Positions 53,056 through 64,000 of a stretch of 64,000 nt of DNA are shown piece after piece. The position numbers were made by a program, and so were the translations under genes. Source of the stretch: Octopus vulgaris (Eukaryota); contig OX597820.1 of assembly GCA_951406725.2 (NCBI GenBank), positions 61,752,001 to 61,816,000 on the forward strand, read 5' to 3'. Under the pieces are notes generated by a model. That model searched no databases. It was not told the origin of the DNA and saw only the letters and a program-made list of their open reading frames with translations. Position 1 is the stretch's first letter. Each line of letters starts with the position of its first letter.

Positions 53056-55739
53056 TAAGTTTAAAATATTGAAGCTCTCTCCTTTTCTCGTGCCTTTCCA
53101 CCGACTTTGAATTGGGTTTTGTAGAATTTATATATTCAAATCACTTCTATTCGAGCAGACCCATGATCAGATCTATTCCTATCGTAATTTTTAAAGAGAC
53201 CTTGCTGTTATTATTAACATAATAAGCGATCATACGCATGCTCTCTTGTTAGTTCCTAAATTTTTGGTTTAGAGAGAAAATTCAATGTAGCTTGGGAAAT
53301 GACAGAAATAAATAACTGTGAAGATAGTATCACCTTGATTCAATCATTGTTGAAATATATGTGGCAAAGTTTGAAGAGCAAAATCCTTTCAATGGAATTA
53401 GAAGAGGAAATTGATATTTTTGCATAACGGTAGAACGTATATAGAAATTTGTGTTTTCATCAGTAATTCATTTAATTAATTAATCAGACCGAAGATTCTT
53501 CCTTTGTTATTTTATATGTAGTCTTCGACACTAGAATCCACTGAGGCTTGTTTTATATTTGGGTCTTTTGACCTTTTTGAAAGTCAATATTTTCTTATAA
53601 AGTCAATTTAATTGTTGACACTAATCAGAGTAAAACAAATCTGTGTTTGCTGGAGTAATTTATTACAAATAATTGTCGAAAGATAGATAATCTTAAAGCT
53701 CTATTAAAACCAAATCTACATGAATTACATTGAAGTTAAGTAAATGATTTGCCTTACAAAGTTTAGATTTATTTATATTATTAGACTATCAGTGATCATT
53801 TGTTCAAATGTGAATGTTGAGTGTTACGAAAAATTTATCGTTAGAGCACTCATCTCTTGAGAATACGGTGATGGCTATGAAGCTAGCGAGTTGTTAGAGA
53901 CTCGGTTTGAATGTCTTGTATTTGTCCCGGCTTTCTGAGTTCAAATCCCACCGAAGTCAATTTTTCCTGTCATTCTTTGGAGGCGGTTAAATAAAATAGT
54001 ATAGTCACATATTGGATTCGTTTCTTTTCTTCTTTCCTCCCTATCCCACTCTCTCTTAGAATTTGCTTACACCGATAAGATGGTAGCTTGTAAATAGCAG
54101 TCAAGAAAAAACAACTGGCAACCATCGTTGTATTTTCCAATCAAAATTCCATAACTAACATATGTTGCTTGTCAAAGAAGTCACTAGGGTGGTTCTACAA
54201 CCTAATGCCGCATCTTTTCCTTTACATGTTTGCTAGTAATAAATACATCAAACTGACTTGTTCTTTGTCAAGGATGTTCTTTAGTTCAAATTACGCATTC
54301 TTCGAAATGCTTTTATCAAATTAGACGCTATCAAAATAATTATGCCTGATCACTTTAAGAAAAGAACTTTATATAAACGGTCACTTCAGTGATGATGCCA
54401 TGTCATCCGAAAATGATATAAACAGTCTGCAAGTATTGCCTATCAAACCGCATACACTAATTCTCATTTTCAAAAATGAACTAAGGGAAATAACTGAGAC
54501 TGATCAGTAGTAAGTCGATGAACAACATAGACAAATGCATGTATATCAAACACCATACATTAAAATTATCTCTGACATTAGAGGTTGTGTCACAATTACC
54601 AAATGGCAATTAAAACCAAGACCATATGAACTGGGGCGATAATCTCAAGAATCAAGAATTCTCCGAAAGCTAACATGCTGTTAAGGAAAAGGAGTGACAT
54701 TTTGTCTGGAGATAAGAGAATTGAGGACATGTGTTTAAATTATGCAAAATATCCTGGCAAAATAGCGTTCTACTCTTCGTTCTGTACATGTCTATGTCCC
54801 TTGGCTACTGGAAATAAGTTCATTGCTCATATTCACACACACTCACGCACACACAAACACACCCAAACGCACATGCTCACACCTACACGACCTCACAAAT
54901 ATGCACTAACAGCTCACTGCGACTGCGGCAGCATTAATACCCAGAGGTAATATCTCCACTTAAACGTGGAGATTCTGTTAGAACAAACCGTACTACGGAG
55001 TTATCACGAGAATAAACTCTCATATTGGCTTTTGGTGCAAAATGCACTCTTGTTTATATTACTAGCGGGGAGATAAATCCCCCCACCTCCAGCTCCAAGA
55101 GCACCACATCACGTGCTTTCGGCCTTCCTTGGCCCTGTCAATGATGGACGCTAGATCATTTGAGATAGCTGAATCGCTGTCAGTCAGTAGTACTACGAAA
55201 ACCTTTATGCATGTAGAAGGATACGTCGAGACACACTTAGCTGTGAATTGCTATAGTCTAGTCTTTAATTTACCTTCATTTTCCGAATGAGGTTTGAATT
55301 AGGGGATACGCATCAACAATGATAAAAGAAAAACACTAAAAAACAATAACAAATACTCTAAAGATCCCTGAATATTTGATCTAGCAAGAAATACATTGCA
55401 CCGCTCCCCGTTAGCTTTTCAGATAAATTATATTCGATGGAGTTATTCTTACTTTTAATGTAATCAACTTATAAGAAAACAACAACAAGTATAGAAACAC
55501 ACCCAAGTGCATTTGTCTGTTTAAGTTTTTCTTCGGTATAAATCAGAAGAAATCTGATTAGCAAGAAGTTAGCTTCTTCAGCACTAATCTAATGATGTCG
55601 GCACTTTGACATTTAGATTTCCACCTAGCAGCGTCTAAAGATCCGTTAGAAAAATCCAGTCCGTACGACCTTTTATTTCATGTAATTCTAAGATCACAAA
55701 CAAATGTCATATTACTGTATTTTATCTTATTAGTGTCAC

Positions 55740-57250
<1,511 letters not shown>

Positions 57251-57880
57251 ATTTAATGCACTTGACCACACCGAATGGCACTGCTTAGGTGTCGAAACCT
57301 TAGTGATATCTGTTTGGCAGCTGATGACAGGAACACGTATTTGCTATGCTTGTTTGTGGATTTTTATGTCTTAGTCTTTTTTATACATATATTCATGTCG
57401 TGCATCTTGAATGGTAAGGGGATTGCGATCCTCGTTGACAGGCCCCTAACATATTACTTCAGTCACTTAATTCAGGATGAGTAAATTCCGTGGTCAAAAG
57501 TTGTGATGTCCCTTAGGTGTAGTGGTTAGCACAACTATGTTTAATAGTAGCTTCGATGTAGTGGTTATCAAAGCTAAACTGTTTACAGTGGACGCAGTGT
57601 TCAACTCTCGCAAGCGAAATAACGATAGAGGTGGTTGTGGCATTGGTGAAGTCTGTTGCAGTACTTTGTGGTGACGTTGAAGATTTTGACAACGAAGTAA
57701 TGTTATAAGAAAAATATAGTGAAAGCAATACTAACAGAAGAAACAAATATATATATACATACACACACACACGTATATATATATATACACTCAACCCAAT
57801 GTATGTTCTAGTGTCTATGACTAAGTGTCTCGTTTGCCGGAGATTAAGCTATCGAATGCGTGTGTCTGTATATTTATATA

Positions 57881-57996
<116 letters not shown>

Positions 57997-58157
57997 GTAC
58001 TGTTCCCTGATAGAAAGTTCTGCAAAAAAATCCCATTTGGTGAGAGATAAATATTTATTTAAAGGTCACGTTAAATATGAAACTATTAGTAGCGCTTTAA
58101 TACAGGTATTGTACCATTTAAATAAATAAATGAATAATATATATATATATATATATG

Positions 58158-58345
58158 AGCTACTGAGAGAGACTGAGAGACCTACGACTCTATGCCCTGG
58201 AGCGAAGATGGGATAAGTATACAGTGATATATGTGTGGAAGATACCGGAGGGGCTTGCACCAAACTTTGGAATTGAGAATTATGCCAGAGCTCGAATTGG
58301 ACGTCACTGCACTGTTCCAAAAGTCCCAGTTGTCTCATCTAAGGC
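58158..58345 (+). pseudogene. CR1-type LINE ORF2 C-terminal remnant
   Basis: SY*ERLRDLRLYALERRWDKYTVIYVWKIPEGLAPNFGI resembles SYxERLxxLxLYSLERRRxRxxxIxxWKIxxG. Confidence 0.7.
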
Positions 58346-58924
58346 GAGAACCATGTACTGCAGTAGCTTGTGATTCAGTGTTCCACATCCATTTAAATTG
58401 AGTAACTAGAGTTAAGAGGAAGGAATGCGTTTAGATAGCTCTTTAATAAACACTACACATCATTCGATTCAACATAGACCCATCTATACACAGGATTTAA
58501 ATTAAGCAACGGTTTACCTGTATAATGGGATCCAGTTTTATCTTCTCAGGTGATATATAATCTTTGTCCCCGTTAGTAAATCTTTGACTTTATCCAACTG
58601 GCTCTTTTGAATTTAGTAGACACTGGCAGTTCCATTCGGCTCGCTGTCAAAGGGCCTCTACACGCTCGACATGAGCGGAATTATATACATTGGCTGTCCA
58701 CTTTGTTTCGCATGTTAGGTTGCACATGCTAAATTTTATTACTTCTCAAATACACCCACACATACGCTCATACATATACAATCACTGACACACATATACA
58801 CACACTATATCTCTGGGCGTCCCCATACGCACATACACACACACACAGAAATACATACATACGTACGTATATACACACATGCACCCCACCACACGTTGCG
58901 ATCAACAAACACATTCACACCCGT

Positions 58925-59078
58925 ACATAGACGCACATAGATATATCTACCCATATTCATGCACATAGGTATATCGTTGTGCACTCCATCATATATAAAC
59001 GCGTTTATATATGATGGAGTGCACAACGATATACCTATGTGCATGAATATGGGTAGATATATCTATGTGCGTCTATGT
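58925..59078. repeat. Perfect 154-bp palindrome with no spacer
   Basis: 77-bp arms centred on aaacg|cgttt (59001/59002); no mismatches seen. Confidence 0.97.
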
Positions 59079-59702
59079 GCGTATATATATATAGACGTGA
59101 GACGGAAAGGATGGACGTGGTGAAATAGAATAATAATTATTATAATTTTTATATATATAAACATAAATTTACATACATATATATATATATATATACACAC
59201 ACATTTATACAAATATAAGAATAGTATGAAATGTTGATAAAGAGGAGCATGCGGCAATCACAGTAAGCCCCCACCTATTCAGAATCGGCTATCAGTATAC
59301 CAAGCAATCAATTAAAATATAGTGTAAAGTAATGAGTCCGCGTACTTAAAACGTCGAGAGAAACCCAGAGATAAATTTTTCAATGAGTAATAAATAAAGC
59401 ATGCAGCCAGAAGGTGTGAAAGGGGATGATAAATTTATTTGCCCTTACGCCTTCCATTTGATTACAGCCGTTCCGTAATGTTTTTCACGCAGTATTAACT
59501 TTTGTACGGTAAAATTAAATGTACATCTTTGCACAAAGTGTATGACCCAACATTATACAATACAATTGAATATTTACAAATTATTGCAAATAAAGAAAGC
59601 TAACTCATCAGAAAAATGCAGCATCATAGCTGCATCTGCAATTCAATTCTGAATGTGTTTATGTGCGTATGAAGACGTACATGCTAGAACGTATGCACGC
59701 GT

Positions 59703-59754
<52 letters not shown>

Positions 59755-59997
59755 GTATGTAAAGAACATGAATACATAGGCACAACCTGAAATAAGCATG
59801 AGGGCCGAGTTTAAAATAATTTTCATTTTGAAAAATTTTTTTATTTGTATTGAGTAAATGTTTTCCGATAACAAAACTAAACATTATCAGAATAAATACA
59901 TTTATTATTATATATTTATATTCCGTTGAAAACCAACGCAGAAAACGATACCAAAAAACAACACACACCACGCACGCACACACACGCACACACACAC

Positions 59998-60108
<111 letters not shown>

Positions 60109-60332
60109 GACACACAGAGGAACACAATTGCGTACACACATACACAGAATGTTAAAAGGAAATGTGACAAAATCGCCATAAACTTTCTATCAAAAGTGCT
60201 ATAATTTCAATTTTCGGGGAGAAATGGTAAAGCATTATATATATTTTACTAAAAAAATCTATATGTAGTCTTCCATGTTTCTGCTTTTTATTATTATTAT
60301 TATTATCATCATTATTATTATTATTATTATTA

Positions 60333-60403
<71 letters not shown>

Positions 60404-60428
60404 GTTATTTTTATCGTTACTGTTATTG

Positions 60429-60505
<77 letters not shown>

Positions 60506-60694
60506 TTAACGCATTATATTCTATTACGTCAAAGAGTATTATTATGAATTGAAACTTGATGCTTTATAACTACTTGCGTTTCACTATGTTCCACAGCATT
60601 GTTTTACTGTGCAACGCCCGCGCGCGTGTGTTTTGTATACCTGAGTATGTGTGTGTGTGTGTGTATGTGTGAATATGTATGTTCGCGCACACAC

Positions 60695-60734
<40 letters not shown>

Positions 60735-60767
60735 TGCATGTGTGCCTGTGTGCATGTATTTCTGCAT

Positions 60768-60813
<46 letters not shown>

Positions 60814-61035
60814 TCGCCCGCGCACACATATGTGCACATACATACACACATATTTAAATTAACCTATTTATTTATTAATGCCTACATACATATATTAATA
60901 CACACACACACACACACACACATATATATGTATATATGTATGTATGTATCTATATATATATATATACATATGCATACGCATTCACTTTCAGATATTTTCA
61001 TGCATAAAACCCTATATGCATACATAGATACAAGC

Positions 61036-61084
<49 letters not shown>

Positions 61085-61274
61085 AATACTACGCATACAT
61101 ATATACTTACATATTCAGACATACGTAGATAAAAAACAACATCCTCAAATACATAAACACTCCTACGTGCTCATATACATATGAATATATTGTATGAAAG
61201 TGGTTTTGTGTGTATTCGTTTTCGTACGGATGAATTTAAAGCAGGCTTAAATTATATACACGTACATACATACA

Positions 61275-61535
61275 GTGGAGGCGCGTGGCTTAGTGGTTAG
61301 GGTGTCAGCATCATGATCGTAATATCGTGGTTTCGGTTCCTGGACCGTGCGACGCGTTGTGTTCTTGAGCCAAACACTTCATTTCACGTTATTCCAGTCC
61401 ACACAGCTGGCAAAAATGAGTAACGCTGCGATGGACTGGCGTCCCGTCCAGCTGGAGAACACATACGCCATGGAAACCGGGGAACCGCACCCACGAGCCT
61501 GCTAGGCTTTAAAAGGGGGCATTTATTATTTAATT
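61275..61535 (+). mobile_element. tRNA-derived SINE family C (V-domain-like)
   Basis: Closely matches the reverse complement of 23421-23684. Confidence 0.9.
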
Positions 61536-61553
61536 TACACACACACACACACA

Positions 61554-61604
<51 letters not shown>

Positions 61605-62013
61605 GCACATATGAAACCTTGACCAACAGGAAAATATAGGCATAGATGCATACACAGAATCGAGATTTATATCCAATGTGTACGAGTGTGTGTATATACG
61701 TGTGTGTATATACGTGTGTGTATGTCTGTATGCACGTGTGTGCGTGTATGCGTGCGTGTATGTGTGCGTGGTTATAATGGTGCTTGTTTCCATCATTCTC
61801 TTCAGCGTGTCAGCGTGTTCTGATGCATAGAGTTACGTTCAAGGAAAGCTGTGATTACGATGTGGTCTCGATACTGTTGGCGTGTATTCGTTATTCTTTC
61901 ATTCCTCTCTGTTTGAAGCATTTCTTGCATCTCAGACGAATTTGTATTTGCAGCAAATATATCATGTTATTGTATACATGACGTGCCAATGACACGATCA
62001 TAAATCCACAGAC

Positions 62014-62232
62014 CTGCAGTTCGATTTCGTTGTCTGTCGAGTCTTTCCCTCGATTGGCTGGGCCCAAAGTGACAATCAGTTTCTTGGTCACGCAACTGAT
62101 GCAACAGCCTGTTCGTCTATTCAGACGCAATAATATCCACATAATCGCCTCTCGAACAGTTCAGTTAGGGAACATGCTAGGATCAACAGGCGTGCTTACG
62201 TCATCTCCTTTTGAACCAGTCAGATAGTACAC
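62014..62232 (-). other. Candidate 219-nt exon with one in-frame TGA
   Basis: Branch-like cactaat about 30 nt before aaatag|; donor cag|gtctgt; non-repetitive and more GC-rich than the flanks; no homology recognised. Confidence 0.3.
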
Positions 62233-62511
62233 CTATTTTGTGAAATGACGTGTTACGTTCAATTAGTGATTTAGATATAATGCTTTAATAAAACGTTTTA
62301 ATTCTCTCTTTCTCCTTTCTAATACAGGACACAAGACCTGAAATGTTAAGGCAAAGGGTTTAAGGATTATATTGACCCCACTGCTCAAAGGGTGCTTATT
62401 TTTCCTTCTCCGGGATGATGAAAATCAAAGTCGAACTAGTTGCATATGTACTCAGAACGTAAAGCCGGATGAAATATCGCTAAACATTTTGTCCGGGGTG
62501 ATAATGATTCT

Positions 62512-63110
62512 TATTTCTTTACTGCCCACAAGGGGCTACACACAGAAAAGACAAACAAGGACAGACAAATGGATTAAGTTGATTATATCGACCCCAGTGC
62601 GTAACTGGTACTTATTTAATCAACCCCGAAAGGATGAAAAGCAAAGTCGACCTAGGCGGAATTTGAACTCAGAACGTAGCAGCAGACTTAATACCTATTT
62701 CTTTACTACCCACAAGGGGCTAAACACAGAGAGAACAAACAAGAACAGACGAACGGATTAAGTCGATTATATCGACCCCAGTGCGTAACTGGTACTTAAT
62801 TTATCGACCCCGAAAGGATGAAAGGTAAAATCGACCTCGGCGGAATTTGAACTCAGAACGTAACGGCAGACGAAATACCTATTTCTTTACTACCCACAAG
62901 GGGCTAAACACAGAGAGGACAAACAAGAACAGGCAAACGGATTAAGTCGATTCTATCGACCCCAGTGCGTAACTGGTACTTAATTTATCGACCCCGAAAG
63001 GATGAAAGGTAAAATCGACCTCGGCGGAATTTGAACTCAGAACGTAACGGCAGACGAAATTCCGCTAAGCATTTCGCCCGGCGTGATAATGATTCTGCCT
63101 GCTCGCCGCT
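62512..63110 (-). mobile_element. Meta-domain SINE family B tandem trimer (184-bp period)
   Basis: Unit 3' ends at 62513, 62697 and 62881; single head at about 63060-63110; abuts an older family-B copy at about 62330-62511. Confidence 0.9.
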
Positions 63111-64000
63111 TTCAAAATGATTTAATAATGAGTGTTGCTAAGCCGTCAGGTGATGGAATTACAACATGATATATATATGGCTGCAGCAGAAAGCAGGTGG
63201 GAATCACTATATGGTGGCAGTTTTGCTGATCGCAGCAGACATAGCTGTGGTGAAGAGCTGACAAGCTACGAAGCAAATCTGAAACAACTTTTACATGACA
63301 ATCCTGATTAGCCACAACAGAAAGTGCGATGAGCGCGCACCGAAATCAGTCTTATTCCAACTCAACATCTCTAGCTTCTCGACTATTCGTTTTAACAGAG
63401 ATGTAGCTTAGCTTATATAAAACCTACTGCGAGCTCACCTGACTGCTTTTAACCAAAAGTTCGGATCACCTCTGACAACTCTTACATTATTAAGCACCAA
63501 CAAAATTCTTTATCCATTTAGTTTCACATAAGATGCATGAAGCTGATTGTTTATTCGAAGCAGTAACACATTTTTGCTAATTACTGTAAACAGCCCTTTC
63601 TTCCCTACAAACGTCATACCCATACGTATGTATGCATATTAGTTCCAAGATACACCTCGCAGATGCTCTGGAATGCATCACCAGTGGTACTCCCGTGTTC
63701 TTAGAGTGTTCCAGGTTTTTCAATATCAGACACCTCACTTACTGAATTCAATCAGGATTGATGAAGTTCCGGCTTACATCCCAGATCTAACAAGCTACAG
63801 GTATTCTTTCTTTATCCAGAGCCATCTATTGACTTTATCTGCGTCTCTTTGTTACGTCAATAATTTCAAACCCGGCCTGAGTCTTTTAGAAAAACCGTCC
63901 AACAAAACCGATTAGTCTACCCCACTTGGCTCGCTGCGTGTTTGCAAGTTTTGGCTTCTGAAGTGCTCTGCTACCTCCTGACATTTAGGAAGTATTTTCT

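Noticed and set aside
61275-61350. tRNA gene (also 42250-42324 and 23610-23684)
   Set aside because: These are tRNA-derived SINE heads continuing into SINE bodies, two of them with TSDs.
63150-64000. Possible decayed LINE endonuclease on the minus strand (CETKW)
   Set aside because: A single short motif cannot be supported without a profile search.

Overview
AT-rich, microsatellite-saturated animal genomic DNA. The repeat landscape resembles a coleoid cephalopod such as Octopus (inference from recognised SINE types and simple-repeat load). Almost all long ORFs in the track are translations of (TA)n, (CA)n, (CAT)n, (ACT)n or (TATC)n repeats, and no intact host gene is evident. There is one candidate 219-nt minus-strand exon with an in-frame TGA. 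Recognisable content: a full-length frameshifted mariner plus mariner and pogo remnants; decayed R4/Dong-, Tx1/L1- and CR1-type LINEs; a Penelope-like RT fragment; two Helitrons; and many tRNA-derived SINEs, some as exact 184-bp tandem multimers. The main hidden signal is about 14 hand-folded type-I hammerhead-ribozyme-like motifs in about 10 unrelated short cassettes, most of them beside (TA)n tracts. Several occur as tandem or divergently oriented inverted pairs, and some have rare core variants (G3-C8 swap, U3-A8, U4C). Several long near-perfect palindromes are also present. All folds, alignments and coordinates were read by eye.
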